The notes: generated by a model not told the origin, from the sequence alone. Counted from the first letter of the stretch, positions 43,287 through 57,220 are shown. The stretch: 64,000 nucleotides of DNA from Macrostomum lignano (GCA_002269645.1 NIVC01002349.1:3974-67973), one strand, 5' to 3'. Program-made: numbers and translations.

Positions 43287-45102
43287 ATGTCAGCCGCCAC
43301 AGCGTCTAATGCGAACTCGAGTGCAGCGACGAAGAGCAAGTCGAGCTCGGCGGGAAAATGCAGCCAGCAGCGCAGTCAGTACCTACATCCGGACTTCTTG
43401 GAGGCCCCCAGTTGCTTGGTGAGTCCAAATCCACCTAATTTGGTCTGCCCAAGAATAGCTCGTACAAGAGAAATTGAGACATGGCACTTAGAGGCCCTTA
43501 TTCCAAAATCAGCTTGGTGGACTTAAGGAATCGTGAGCTATAGCCCAAATAGAATGCAGTTTAAACCAAATTAGTTGCTGGTTTTCTGCACGTCTATAGC
43601 AATTAGCAAACCAAGTCATGGCAAAAAGGTATACTTGGCACAGAAATCAATAATAGCCTTTTAGCTATAGACATATGGGCATTATTAGCGGCCGGGCTGC
43701 AGTCGTCAATGAGAGTTGAATCGTTGAATCGATGTGTCTATGGTCCAACTTGTAGCCAGAGTTAATCGTTGAATCGATGTGTCTATGGTCCAACTTGTAG
43801 CCAGAGTTAATCGTTGAATCGATGTGTCTATGGTCCAACTTGTAGCCAGAGTTGAATCGTTGAATCGATGTGTCTATGGTCCAACTTGTAGCCAGAGTTG
43901 AATCGTTGAATCGATGTGTCTATGGTCCAACTTGTAGCCAGAGTTAATCGTTGAATCGATGTGTCTATGGTCCAACTTGTAGCCAGAGTTAATCGTTGAA
44001 TCGATGTGTCTATGGTCCAACTTGTAGCCAGAGTTAATCGTTGAATCGATGTGTCTATGGTCCAACTTGTAGCCAGAGTTAATCGTTGAATCGATGTGTC
44101 TATGGTCCAACTTGTAGCCAGAGTTGATCGTTGAATCGATGTGTCTATGGTCCTCGGAGCCAGCCATAGACACAGCGGGGAGACCTAGAGTGGCTGAGGC
44201 TGACTAAAGCAGTTAAGACCGGGCCAGGGCTGACAAACGCAGGCGAGCAATGAGACTGACAGCTCGTGCTGGTTATTCTCGGCCCAAAAGGAGATGAGGG
44301 AGAGGAAGGGAGAAGGAGAAAAAAATCCTTTAAAAAATGTCACTCCTCGTGAGAATGACAGATCCGCCTGTGCCCGTCCGTCAGTCAGTCAGTTTGCCTG
44401 TCTGTCTGTCTGTCTGTTTGCAGGAGTTTGCGAAGACGAAGGTGCGACGCCCCTGCCTGTGGGTAAACACGCAGCGCTTGGGCAAATGTGGAAGGATGAA
44501 GGAGAGTCAGGAGGCTGATGTTGGGAACCTTGGAGATGGAAGTGTGTGCAGGATGGTCTACCCCCACCCCAGACCCGCCAGAGCAATGATTGACACCTTT
44601 CCCGTCATACAGTCCCAAGTCCTGGTGACGGAATTTCGCTAATAGCTGATTAAGCGGCCCAGCCAGGTGTCACAGGGGCTGCCTGCCTGTCCGCCCTGTC
44701 TGTCTGTCTGTCTTTCTTTTCCTTTTGCGCCTGTCCTTCAGCAGAACCGATCGACTCGACATCTCCATGCAGCTATAGCCATCACTCTTCTGCGGGTTTC
44801 TGCCGCTCCAATAACACAGCACAAGAGCGTTGCGTAACTAGACTTTCTAGTTATGGGAGTCTGGGGGCGGATGGACTGTGGATGAAGAATAACAAACCCA
44901 TCACGGCCCTTCAGTCTTGACTGTGTTGTTCTAAAAAATTATAAAATTAAAACAGCAAAAAAATGGATTTTCCTAATTCAAAATAATTCAATACGACTCG
45001 GTTGCCATGGGCTTTAGCGGACCAAGACTGCACCACGGAGTCTGGGGGGGGGCATTATTGATTGGCCGGCAATGTCAAAAGACAAGGCATTAATCATACA
45101 AG

Positions 45103-45183
<81 letters not shown>

Positions 45184-48100
45184 TCTCCATCTGAAAAGAT
45201 AGATGATGGCCCGGCCAGCACCAGCATCAGTCAATGCGGTCATTTATATTGGCAATTCCTCATTAGCCCAGCCTACTACAGATCCTAAATATTATAGTCA
45301 ATGAATGAACTCAACTTACTCAACAGGTACAGTATAGGGAGGCCTATTCAGCCAGAATGAATATCTGAGCCTTGAGCTGACAGGCCTGCAGGCCCCGCCA
45401 TCTCCCCCCCTTCGGTCCCTATCAATCAATCGGTCCCCAGGTCCACAATTCCCCCCCCCCCAGTCACTCCCGAGCAGCGATATAAATAATGGGAGCATGA
45501 TTGAGAAAGCCGTGTCAGTGGGGGGAGGCAAGCCCAACTTTATGCATGACGTGCATGAGGGGGAGGCAGGGAGGGGGCCCCGACCCCTCCGGCTTTGATT
45601 TATCGCTGCCCGCCTCCCCGACTCAAGCCGTCATGAGCTCTGATGAATGAGGTCTCCCAGCCTCCGCTTCTGGACTGGACTTTGCGACCTCAGCCTTATT
45701 TTAGCGACTAGGGACTTGGGAAATGATCCGCGTTGAAAGCCTGAAGCGGTTTAGTCTGCCAAGTTAGAAATTGTTCACTTCCCTTGGTAGCTAGCAACAC
45801 CTGGAACAGGGTCATCTTCTCTGCTCTAGTGGAACAGGGGTCCTTTGAAACTTCACAATAGCAATGCCAAGTTTTTTGTCTCTTCTCAGCTCTCTTCTCT
45901 CCTCTCTCTTCTCTCCTCTCTCCTCTCTTCTCTCTTCTCTCTCCTATTTCCCGTCTCCTCTCTCCTCTCTCTTCTCTTTTCTCTATTCTCTCTTCTCTCC
46001 TCTCTATTCTCTCTTCTCTCCTCTCTATTCTCTCTTCTCTCCTCTCTATTCTCTCTTCTCTCCTCTCTATTTTCTCTTCTCTCCTCTCTATTCTCTCTTC
46101 TCTCCTCTCTATTCTCTCTTCTCTCCTCTCTATTCTCTCCTCTCTCCTCTCTTCTCTCTTCTCTCTCCTCTTTCCCGTCTCCTCTCTCCTCTCTCTTCTC
46201 TTCTCTCTATTCTCTCTTCTCTCCTCTCTATTCTCTCTTCTCTCCTCTCTATTCTCTCTTCTCTCCTCTCTCCTCTCTCTTCTCTTTTCTCTATTCTCTC
46301 TTCTCTCCTCTCTATTCTCTCTTCTCTCCTCTCTATTCTCTCTTCTCTCCTCTCTATTCTCTCTTCTCTCCTCTCTATTCTCTCTTCTCTCCTCTCTATT
46401 CTCTCTTCTCTCCTCTCTCCTCTCTCTTCTCTTTTCTCTATTCTCTCTTCTCTCCTCTCTATTCTCTCTTCTCTCCTCTCTATTCTCTTTTCTCTCCTCT
46501 CTATTCTCTCTTCTCTCCTCTCTATTCTCTCTTCTCTCCTCTCTCCTATCTCCGTCTCCTCTCTCCTCTCATCTAATCTCTCCTCTCCCTTTATCTCTCA
46601 TCCCATCACTCATCTAGTCTTTCCTCTCATCTCTTCTCTATTCGCTCTCCTTTTCTCTCTGTCATCTGGCCCGCAGCCATGAGCTGGATTCTTTATCCGG
46701 CCCTTTGAGGTAAAAAAAAAAATTCCGACCCCTTGATCTCTACTTTCAATTTGATTTTTCTGCCTTTAACAAAAGCAGCAACTCTTCTGTCTCTTCACAT
46801 TGTGGAAACGCGGCGCCGTCTGTCCCGCTGCAAATTTGGGGGGGGGGTTAAAGTGGCGAAAGAGGAAGATTGGTTTCTATTCCTGTGTCCGACTTCTGCA
46901 GTGCCTCATCACCACTCTCAGTGTGCTTGAGAGTACTTGAGAGCAGCGGCCGGGTCCTCGAGAAAAGTGAAATAAATTTCTCTAGCCAAACTCCAGAACT
47001 GGGCAGAGCTGAGAACGGCGGGGAAAATGAAAGAAACAAATTGATTTATTATTATTATTATTACAATACTATTACAGACCGACCCAAAGCAGAGTCCGCT
47101 CGCTCTGCTGGTGAAGACCTGCGACAGCATCGGCTCGGGCTCAGAGCATCACTCGGCTGCAACAACTGGCGCCAGCAGCGGCGCCTCCCGCTCCACCAGC
47201 CGTCGCTCCGCTGGAAGCCGGCCGCCGTCGGCGACCAACGCAGTCGATGCCGGAGCCCCGCCACCGCTGAAGCGGCCCGCCAGTCCCGCCAGCCGCGGCG
47301 GCTTCGGGCAGCCTCGCCCGGCTAAGCAGCGCTCGCCGCAGTCGCCGCCACCGCCGCTGCCGCCACCCCCGCCTCCGCCCCAATCGAATCCGTTGAAGTC
47401 AGCTGAGTCGCCGACTTCGGCTTCATCGGCTGCGGCGATCGCGGCGGCGATGGCGGCTGCCGCAGCTGCAGTTGCCGGAGGCGGCCCGCACCAGCAGCAG
47501 CAACAGCAGCATGCCTCTCCGCCGCTCTCCTATCCGCCGATGTTCCCGCCTTTCCACCATCATCAGCCGCATCATCAGCAGCATCTGGCCACCTGGGGAC
47601 TCGGCGCTGTGCCCGAAGGCCACTCGGCCGCCGTCTGCACCTGTCCGCACTGCGTCCACGCCCGGGCCCTGGTGGACTATCTCTACGCCTCGGCGGCGGC
47701 GGCCGCGGCAGCCTCAGCTGCGGCCGAAACCAGCACCGCGTTAACGACAACCAGCAGCAGCAGCAGCAGCAGCTCCGGCCAGCAGCAGCAGCGCCGCCAG
47801 CATTCGTCCCCGGCGCCGCAGACTCCCCAGGCCGAGTTCTGCATCTTCTGCGGCCGGCACTGCCCGACCCCCGAGCAGCTGGTGCGGCACATGCGCTCGC
47901 ACGAGTCGTCCTCGTTCGCGACGTCGGTTGCGTCGGCGCCGCCAGCAGCTCCGCAGCTCAGCCCGTTCAGCGGGCCGCCGTCTCCGCCACAGATGCCGAC
48001 TTTGCCAACTTCGTCGTCGCATCATAACGCGACGCTGGCTTACGCGGCCGCTGCCGCCGCCGCCGCAGCAATGCAGCAGCCGCATCAGCAGCACCAGCAG

Positions 48101-48232
48101 CTGGAGTCGATGCGCAAGTGGGCGGCAGCGGCGGCGGCGGCAGCGGCGGGCCCGGATCAGCGCTACCAGCCCTACCGCAGCCTTCTCGGCCGCCTGCAGT
48201 TCCCTCATTTCGGGGCGGCGCCCCTGGTCTGA
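43287..48232 (+). CDS. noc: NET-family (No ocelli/Elbow/TLP-1; ZNF503/ZNF703-like) zinc-finger transcriptional regulator, 2 exons, ~428 aa
   Basis: Exon 1 43287-43418 ends QYLHPDFLEAPSCL|GTGAGT (cf. LHPEYLQP of NET proteins). Exon 2 47078-48232 starts TDPKQSPLALLVKTCDSIG (Sp motif) and contains CTCPHC (buttonhead box), a single C2H2 finger CIFC..HMRSH and C-terminal RYQPY. Phase-0 junction. Confidence 0.88.
43717..44150. repeat. 45-bp minisatellite in the noc intron
   Basis: Unit AATCGTTGAATCGATGTGTCTATGGTCCAACTTGTAGCCAGAGTT. Confidence 0.95.
45107..45180. repeat. (AG)n microsatellite
   Basis: Direct observation. Confidence 0.96.
45835..46735 (+). mobile_element. CT-core hAT-like MITE with ~750-bp expanded pyrimidine core, in the noc intron
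   Basis: CAGGGGTC-CTTTGAAACTTCACAATAGCAAT..., CT-rich ~21-bp repeats, ..GGCCCGCAGCCATGAGCTGGATTCTTTATCCGGCCCTTTGAGGT..TTCCGACCCCTTG (TIR-like ends). No clear TSD. Confidence 0.6.
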
Positions 48233-48981
48233 CTGGCTCAAGCAGACTGACAGATGAACAATCGCACCTTTCAATTCTCGACTAAACTCTCTCGCTTCCC
48301 ATTGGCCTCCGCTTCATGAACATCGTGTAATTACGCGTATTATTAGCGATATTCGGCCTGCATAGCAACGCTCTGCATACTTATAAGTATCGATTCGTCC
48401 CTGTATTCCTTCGCGCTTGGTTCTTGATGTACACACAGCAACAGTAGCAGCAGAACTATAGAATGCGCTGTACCTGCTATAAGCTGAGTAAATTATAATA
48501 ATAGTAACAGATTACTTATTTTGCATTAAGTCGGTCGATATTTTATATCTATGTATATGTACAGTATGTATGTATATATAATCATGTAATCCTCTTCTTC
48601 AACCTCAAGAATAATTAGGTTAAATAAAGAGGCAAGTCAAGCAAAAAGTGCCAATCAACACTGCTAAATTGTTATATTTACAACCCTGCTGTCCTGACTA
48701 ATGCAGCTTTGTCAGCTCTGTTTCAAATTAAATAATTAGGTGATCAAAATAATCCAACTTGTGCTAAAGAATAATACCACGTTGGCTTGTTCTGTAATAA
48801 CATATGCAATATATAAACCTTCATACATTATAAAAAGTAAATATAAATATTTCATACAGTATGTAACATCTCGGCGCTGAGATAAAAACTGCTAATGTGA
48901 TCCATTACGTACCTATTCATCGGTTGCCTTGTTACCCGATTGTTTTTTCTCTAAGAAACAGGTAGGGAAAATATGTCAAGA

Positions 48982-49328
48982 GAGTTACAGTTGTAGATAA
49001 GAGAGTGACAGTTGCAGATAAGAGAGTGACAGTTGTAGATAAGAGAGTGACAGTTGTAGATAAGATAGTGACAGTTTCAGATAAGAGAGTGACAGTTGTA
49101 GATAAGATAGTGACAGTTGCAGATAAGAGAGTGACAGTTGTAGACAAGAGAGTGACAGTTGTAGATAAGAGAGTGACAGTTGCAGATAAGAGAGTGACAG
49201 TTGTAGACAACAGAGTGACAGTTGTAGATAAGAGAGTGACAGTTGCAGATAAGAGAGTGACAGTTGTAGATAAGAGAGTGACAGTTGTAGACAACAGAGT
49301 GACAGTTGCAGACAAGAGAGTGACAGTT
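48982..49328. repeat. 21-bp minisatellite
   Basis: Unit GAGAGTGACAGTTGTAGATAA. Confidence 0.93.
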
Positions 49329-49904
49329 GAGCATTATAGAAATGACAAGCAAGATATTTAAACAATTATAAACACTCGCTCTCTAATCGCTCAAATTCAA
49401 TCAGATTAAGAGAATCAGACTCTCTTAGATTCTGATTCAGAATCAGAATCAGATTAACAGTATTTTGTTACCTGTAATTGCATGGTTGCTTAGAAAATAT
49501 GCAACTTTATTTAGAAAAGAGAGAAAGCAAAAAGCAAAGCTTAAGTTTAGGCCAGCAGACTTTCCCACGGGTCTGTCGGTTTTGTCGGCAAAGATCAAAA
49601 GAAACGCTAAGCTCAGTACGAGTAGGAGTAAACTATATAATCCAACCCTTGTTTACCCGTTTCGCTAAGCATTTTATGGAGAATTTGAAAGAAAAATTTC
49701 GGGAAATAAGCGACTAAGCGGGCACTGCTAGGACTGGCTGACAGACAGACAGGCAACCTAACCTGCGGTTAGAACTGTAAACTGAATGCTGATTGACTGA
49801 CACTGAGAGTCAGGCAGATAGAATATGCAAATTAAGAGTGTTATAAAAGTAGTGGCAAATAACTGTAAGGGGATGCAGTTGAGAAAATCAGAGAAGGAAA
49901 TAGG

Positions 49905-50612
49905 AAGAGTCAGGATTAAGCTGAGAGTCAGGGGATGAGATTAAGGTGAGAGTCAGAGGATGAGATTATGCTCAGAATCAGAGAATGAGACAAGCTGAGA
50001 GTCAGATGATGAGACAAGCTGAGAGTCAGAGGATGAGACAAGCTGAGAGTCAGAGGATGAGATTAGAAGAGTCAGGAGAATTAGCTGGGAGTCAGAGGAT
50101 GCAGTTGAGAGAATCAGAGAAGGAAATAGAAAGAGTCAGAGGATGAGATAAGCTAAGAGTCAGAGGATGAGATTAAGCTGAGAGTCAGAGGATGAGATTA
50201 GAAGAGTCAGGAGAATTAGCTGCGAGTCAGAGGATGAGATTAGAAGAGTCAGGAGAATTAGCTGCGAGTCAGAGGATGAGATTAAAAGAGTCAGGAGAAT
50301 TAGCTGCGAGTCAGAGGATGAGATTAGAAGAGTCAGGAGAATTAGCTGCGAGTCAGAGGATGAGATTAGAAGAGTCAGGAGAATTAGCTGGGAGTCAGAG
50401 GATGCAGTTGAGAGAATCAAAGAAGGAAATAGAAAGAGTCAGAGGATGAGATAAGCTGAGAGTCAGAGGATGAGACAAGCTGAGAGTCAGAGGATGAGAC
50501 AAGCTGAGAGTCAGAGGATGAGATAAGCGGAGAGTCAGAGGATAAGATAAGCTGAGAGTCAGAGGATGAGACAAGCTGAGAGTCAAAGGATGAGATTAAG
50601 CTGAGAGTCAGA
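49905..50612. repeat. Compound 24/39-bp minisatellite
   Basis: Units GAGTCAGAGGATGAGACAAGCTGA and GAGTCAGAGGATGAGATTAGAAGAGTCAGGAGAATTAGCTGC-like. Confidence 0.88.
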
Positions 50613-51063
50613 GGAGAGATAGTGAAAGCCAGATATCGGAAGGGCGACTAGCTGATGCAGTCAGTCAGTTGATCCTTTATCATTTCCCGGCGCCCACAGT
50701 CAGCAGTCGCAGTTTGTAGCGACAGTTCTATCGGGTTTAGCTCGGTGGCCGGCATCTTCTGATCAAGAGGAGAGGCAGAGAGAGAAACTGATTGATTGAT
50801 TGATTGATTGATGACCCGGTATGCGGCCGCGGCACCTTGTGGAAATCCAAATCGACGGACAGACGGAATTGACGAGGCAAGAAAAATGGGTAAAGGAGAG
50901 GTGAAGAATGAACGAGCTGCAATCCTTGCGCCTCGGTTTTTTCTTTTAGTCTTTCTTTTTCTGCTTCTTCTTCTTGGCCGTTGAGTTCAAGGAGTTCGAA
51001 GACATGGAAAATCTAGTAAAAGAAACTGCCTGGTGACTTTTTGATTCTGATATCCTGATAACG

Positions 51064-51360
51064 GCATGGCACTCCCCGGTATGGCACTCCCCGGCATGGC
51101 ACTTCCCGGTATGGTACTCCCCGGTATGGCACTCCCCGGCATGGCACTTCCCGGTATGGCACTCCTCGGTATGGCACTCCCCGGCATGACACTTCCCGGC
51201 ATGACACTTCCCGGTATGGAACTCCTCGGTATGGCATTCCCCGGTATGGAACTCCTCGGTATGGCATTCCCCGGTATGGAACTCCTCGGTATGGCATTCC
51301 CCGGTATGGCACTCCTCGGTATGGTACTCCCCGGTATGGCACTCCCCGGTATGGCACTCC
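51064..51360. repeat. 15-bp minisatellite
   Basis: Unit CCCCGGTATGGCACT. Confidence 0.92.
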
Positions 51361-51644
51361 TTGACTCTCTTTAACCGCACTCCAGACCCTGGCTGTATCC
51401 ATAGAATTCCATGACAAAGGCGCGATCTCCTTGACCAATTATCATCAGCCGGGCAGTCGGTCGGGCTTTGATAAATCGAGCAATGCCTGAGGCTGCGGCG
51501 ATGATGAAGGAGACTGGATTAGGGCGTGGTATGTTCAGACCTGCATGGCTTTTAAGATGGATTCCCTTTCCTGCCTGAATAGACAGCCTGCTGCAGATGC
51601 GGATCTCAGATTTCGAAAATTCCAATTTTCGACTCCGAAACCCC

Positions 51645-53087
51645 AGCTATTCGAATCCGAAAATCCCAACTACCAAATCCGAAATCCCAATAAATTTAAT
51701 TCAAAATCCCCAATAAACCGAATCCAAAATCCCAACTATTCGAATCCGAAATCCCAACTATTCGAATCCGAAATCCCAACTATTCGAATCTGAAATTCCA
51801 AATATTCGAATCTGAAATTCCAATTATTCGAATCCGAAATCCCAACTATTCGAATCTGAAATTCCAAATATTCGAATCCGAAATCCCAACTATTCGAATC
51901 CAAAATTCCAACTATTCGAATCTGAAATTCCAATTATTCGAATCCGAAATCCCAACTATTCGAATCCAAAATTCCAACTATTCGAATCTGAAATTCCAAA
52001 TATTCGAATCCGAAATCCCAACTATTCGAATCCAAAATTCCAACTATTCGAATCTGAAATCCCAATTATTCGAATCCGAAATCCCAACTATTCGAATCCA
52101 AAATTCCAACTATTCGAATCTGAAATTCCAATTATTCGAATCCGAAATCCCAACTATTCGAATCTGAAATTCCAAATATTCGAATCCGAAATCCCAACTA
52201 TTCGAATCCAAAATTCCAACTATTCGAATCTGAAATTCCAACTATTCGAATCCGAAATCCCAACTATTCGAATCTGAAATTCCAACTATTCGAATCTGAA
52301 ATCCCAACTATTCGAATCTGAAATTCCAATTATTCGAATCCGAAATTCCAACTATTCGAATCTGAAATTCCAAATATTCGAATCCGAAATCCCAACTATT
52401 CGAATCTGAAATTCCAATTATTCGAATCCGAAATCCCAACTATTCGAATCTGAAATTCCAATTATTCGAATCCGAAATCCCAACTATTCGAATCTGAAAT
52501 TCCAAATATTCGAATCCGAAATCCCAACTATTCGAATCCAAAATTCCAACTATTCGAATCTGAAATTCCAAATATTCGAATCCGAAATCCCAACTATTCG
52601 AATCCAAAATTCCAACTATTCGAATCTGAAATCCCAACTATTCGAATCTGAAATTCCAATTATTCGAATCCGAAATCCCAACTATTCGAATCTGAAATTC
52701 CAAATATTCGAATCCGAAATCCCAACTATTCGAATCTGAAATTCCAAATATTCGAATCCGAAATCCCAACTATTCGAATCTGAAATTCCAAATATTCGAA
52801 TCCGAAATCCCAACTATTCGAATCTGAAATTCCAACTATTCGAATCTGAAATTCCAACTATTCGAATCCAAAATTCCAACTATTCGAATCCAAAATTCCA
52901 ACTATTCGAATCTGAAATTCCAACTATTCGAATCCAAAATTCCAACTATTCGAATCCAAAATTCCAACTATTCGAATCTGAAATCCCAACTATTCGTATC
53001 CGAAATCCCAACTATTCGAATCCAAAATTCCAACTATTCGAATCTGAAATCCCAACTATTCGTATCCGAAATCCCAATTATTCGAAT
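51645..53087. repeat. 22-bp minisatellite (~65 copies)
   Basis: Unit TTCGAATC(C/T)GAAAT(C/T)CCAACTA. Confidence 0.96.
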
Positions 53088-53922
53088 TATTCTAGGATAA
53101 AAGTAAAGTCACAGTGGGTAGGCTTACTAACTGCTCACAGGGTCAGTGAACCCGACTGTCGGGCACATTGTCAGGCAGTTTTACACAGCCATGTGACGCC
53201 ACTAATCAGCAGCGACAATAAATCTATAAATTCGCTGGAATTAAATTGAAATCCAAGATAAGTCAGTCTACCCCATACCGCCCTCGCACTCCAGTCGGTG
53301 GAGCAATACGCTCATAAATCATCCGAACTGGCAGTGCGACCCCCCCCCCGCAATAATTAATCTGCAGCTACCAAATATTTCTTCGCGCTGCTCTCGCGAC
53401 TGGCGAGGCAATAAACTTTCTTTCCCGAAATTCTTTGGCCGCGTCAAAAAAACTGTATCGGCTTTCACTGACAAGCGGCGGCCTCGCGCGCGCCCAAAAA
53501 GAGGAAAAATTCCCCCTGTCAATGTTGTGTTTTGGATTGTTACATATCTCTTCTTGGTCTCTGTGACTGCCTGCCTGTCTGCCTGTCTTTGCAGCAGGGC
53601 AGGGTGGGGTTCAGGAGAGGAAAGCGACAAGGACGCAGACAGGGAAATGATTAACGGGACGGGTCTCCCCAGCTTCATTTTAGCTTCCAAATTGTGGCCA
53701 CTCCATCAAACAGAGCCTGAGCCGTTTGACCGATTGAGGCTGGGATGTGGCTCGAGCTGCAGTTTTACCCAGCGACTCGGCCATTTGTGTAGATGCAGTC
53801 TCCCTGAGCTAGCGGCCGCTGTGTGCGTGACAGTCACTACTCTGTCGCTTGTACTTTCTATACATGTGGTGAGCCAGGCAGTCTTCCCTGACGCCCAGGT
53901 AGTCTTCCCTGATGCCCCGCTA

Positions 53923-55605
53923 GCCTCTCTTGGCGCCCCACAGCCTCTCTTGGCGCCCCACAGCCTCTCCTAGCGCCACGCAGCCTCTCTTGGCACCCCG
54001 CAGTCTCTCCTAGTGCCCCACAGCCTCTCCTAGCACAACGCAGCCTCTCCTAGCGCCCCGCAGCCTCTCTTGGCGCCTCGCAGCCTCTCTTGGCGCCCCA
54101 CAGCCTCTCTTGGCGCCACGCAGCCTCTCTTGGCGCCCCGCAGTCTCTCCTAGTGCCCCACAGCCTCTCCTAGCGCCACGCAGCCTCTCTTGGCACCCCG
54201 CAGTCTCTCCTAGTGCCCCACAGCCTCTCCTAGCGCCACGCAGCCTCTCCTAGCGCCCCGCAGCCTCTCTTGGCGCCTCGCAGCCTCTCTTGGCGCCCCA
54301 CAGTCTCTCTTGGCGCCCGCAGCCTCTCTTGGCGCCCCACAGCCTCTCTTGGCGCCCCGCAGTCTCTCTTGGCGCCCCACAGCCTCTCTTGGCGCCCCAC
54401 AGCCTCTCTTGGCGCCCCACAGCCTCTCTTGGCGCCACGCAGCCTCTCTTGGCGCCCCGCAGTCTCTCCTAGTGCCCGACAGTCTCTCCTAGCGCCACGC
54501 AGCCTCTCCTAGCGCCGCACAGCCTATCCTAGCGCCCCACAGCCTCTCTTGGCGCCCCACAGCCTCTCTTGGCGCCCCGCAGCCTCTCTTGGCGCCTCGC
54601 AGCCTCTCTTGGCGCCCCACAGCCTCTCTTGGCGCCCCACAGCCTCTCTTGGCGCCCCACAGCCTCTCCTAGCGCCACGCAGCCTCTCTTGGCGCCCCGC
54701 AGTCTCTCTTGGCGCCCCACAGCCTCTCTTGGCGCCCCGCAGTCTCTCTTGGCGCCCCACAGCCTCTCTTGGCGCCCCACAGCCTCTCTTGGCGCCCCAC
54801 AGCCTCTCTTGGCGCCACGCAGCCTCTCTTGGCGCCCCGCAGTCTCTCCTAGTGCCCCACAGCCTCTCCTAGTGCCACGCAGCCTCTCCTAGTGCCCCAC
54901 AGCCTCTCCTAGCGCCACGCAGCCTCTCTTGGCGCCCCGCAGTCTCTCCTAGTGCCCCACAGCCTCTCCTAGCGCCACGCAGCCTCTCCTAGTGCCCCAC
55001 AGCCTCTCCTAGCGCCACGCAGCCTCTCCTAGCGCCCCGCAGCCTCTCTTGGCGCCCCACAGCCTCTCTTGGCGCCCCACAGCCTCTCTTGGCGCCCCAC
55101 AGCCTCTCTTGGCGCCACGCAGCCTCTCTTGGCGCCCCGCAGCCTCTCTTGGCGCCCCGCAGCCTCTCTTGGCGCCCCGCAGCCTCTCTTGGCGCCTCGC
55201 AGCCTCTCTTGGCGCCTCGCAGCCTCTCTTGGCGCCCCACAGCCTCTCTTGGCGCCCCACAGTCTCTCTTGGCGCCCCACAACCTCTCCTAGCGCCGCAC
55301 AGCCTCTCCTAGCGCCCCGCAGCCTCTCCTAGCGCCACGCAGCCTCTCCTAGCGCCCCACAGCCTCTCCTAGCGCCACGCAGCCTCTCCTAGCGCCCCAC
55401 AGCCTCTCCTAGCGCCGCACAGCCTCTCCTAGCGCCACGCAGCCTCTCCTAGCACCCCACAGCCTCTCCCGGCGCCGCACAGCCTCTCCTAGCGCCACGC
55501 AGCCTCTCCTAGCGCCCCACAGCCTCTCCTAGCGCCGCACAGCCTCTCCTAGCGCCACGCAGCCTCTCCTAGCACCCCACAGCCTCTCCCGGCGCCGCAC
55601 AGCCT
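53923..55605. repeat. 20-bp GC-rich minisatellite (~84 copies)
   Basis: Unit GCGCCCCACAGCCTCTCTTG with a CCTA variant. Confidence 0.96.
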
Positions 55606-56473
55606 CCACAAAGTTATGATCTCATTATTTTGCATCCCCAGTTTCTCGCTACTGCCTCGACTGGCGCCAAAAATCTCCACCAGAGAAAAAAGCCATGACT
55701 AAAAGCCAACAAGCAGCCGCAGCAGCAAAGAATAATTATCACGATTTCCCGCACACACCCGAAGCTCTCCCAACAGGCGGATCTCAGGGTTGAGAGAGTT
55801 TTTTTTCCATTATTGAATAACGTCTGCGTGACCCAACAAGAGCGAGACCTGGGCTGGATTGATAATACGGCCTTCAGCTTTGAATTCACGGTTGAATTTC
55901 GAGAGAAAGGACCGAGACTTAAGTGGCTCAAGGCCGGCCAGTCGAAGTATAGCTCAGAGTTCTTTCTGTTGCTGCAAAAGCAAAAAATTGCCAAGGCGAC
56001 TCCTCCCTCTACCCTGCTGTCAGCTGTCAATCAAATTATCAAAGACAGATGAATGAATGACTGCAATGACGACGGGCTGAGAGAGGGGAGGAAAATGGGA
56101 AATAATATGAGCCATGCCCCCCTTATCCCCCCGCGAACTCAGTTGTAATACTCGTATCCTATATATTAGTAATACGATTTGAGACTTGTACGAGATGCCA
56201 GATTTCTATATCAGTTTAAGCAGGCCTTTTTTGGATTTCTAGCAATCATCATCAATCTCCTGTTTGTCTGGCTCCCCTCCCGCTGCTGCGAGTTTGCTTT
56301 CGCAATGTTGACTCTCAAGCCGCATTCTCTGCTTCCGTCAAGACAGGGCAGGACTGTATAGGCTCTGGTGAGCTCCTGCATGTTTGCTTTTCAAAGATGG
56401 GCTCAGTGTGAATAGGAGAAGGAATGGTAATTGGCATTGCCTATCGCAGCCCATCATTGTGCAGGATGTCTCA

Positions 56474-56733
56474 GGGTGTCAGGGTTCCAGGAGTCTCTGA
56501 CGAGGGGTGTCAGGGTTCCAGGAGTATCTGACAAGGGGTTTCAGGGTTCCAGGAGTATCTGACGAGGAGTGCCAGGGTTCCAGGAGTCTCTGACGAGGAG
56601 TGCCAGGGTACGAGGAGTCTCTGACGAGGGGTGTCAGGGTTCCAGGAGTCTCTGAAGAGGGGTGTCAGGGTTCCAGGAGTATCTGACGAGGGGTGTCAGG
56701 GTTCCAGGAGTCTCTGACGAGGAGTGTCAGGCT
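56474..56733. repeat. 31-bp minisatellite
   Basis: Unit CAGGAGTCTCTGACGAGGGGTGTCAGGGTTC. Confidence 0.9.
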
Positions 56734-56756
56734 CTCAATGCTGAACTAGATCTCAT

Positions 56757-57220
56757 TCTAGTGAGGGTGTCAGGCTCTCACTCTAGTGAGGGACGTCAGG
56801 CTCTCACTCTAGTGGGGGATGTCAGGCTCTCACTCTAGTGGGGGATGTCAGGCTCTCACTCTAGCGAGGGATGTCAGGCTCTCACTCTAGTGGGGATGTC
56901 AGGCTCTCATTCTAGTGAGGGTGTCAGGCTCTCACTCTAGCGAGGGATGTCAGGCTCTCACTCTAGTGGGGGATGTCAGGCTCTCACTCTAGTGAGGGAT
57001 GTCAGGCTCTCACTCTAGTGGGGGATGTCAGGCTCTCACTCTAGTGGGGGATGTCAGGCTCTCACTCTAGTGAGGGATGTCAGGCTCTCACTCTAGTGGG
57101 GGATGTCAGGCTCTCACTCTAGTGAGGGATGTCAGGCTCTCACTCTAGTGGGGGATGTCAGGCTCTCACTCTAGTGGGGGATGTCAGGCTCTCACTCTAG
57201 TGGGGGATGTCAGGCTCTCT
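56757..57220. repeat. 26-bp minisatellite
   Basis: Unit GTCAGGCTCTCACTCTAGTGGGGGAT. Confidence 0.93.

Noticed and set aside
47141-48274. Antisense and alternate-frame ORFs over noc exon 2 (and likewise over the LINE at 7988-10988 and the orphan ORF)
   Set aside because: Typical shadow ORFs of GC-rich coding sequence, with no motifs.
55614-56056. 138-aa and 79-aa ORFs downstream of the 20-bp array
   Set aside because: No recognisable motifs or splice context; likely chance ORFs.
56474-56733. CTGACGAG in the 31-bp array as tandem hammerhead ribozymes
   Set aside because: No GAAA core or stem II/III geometry follows it.
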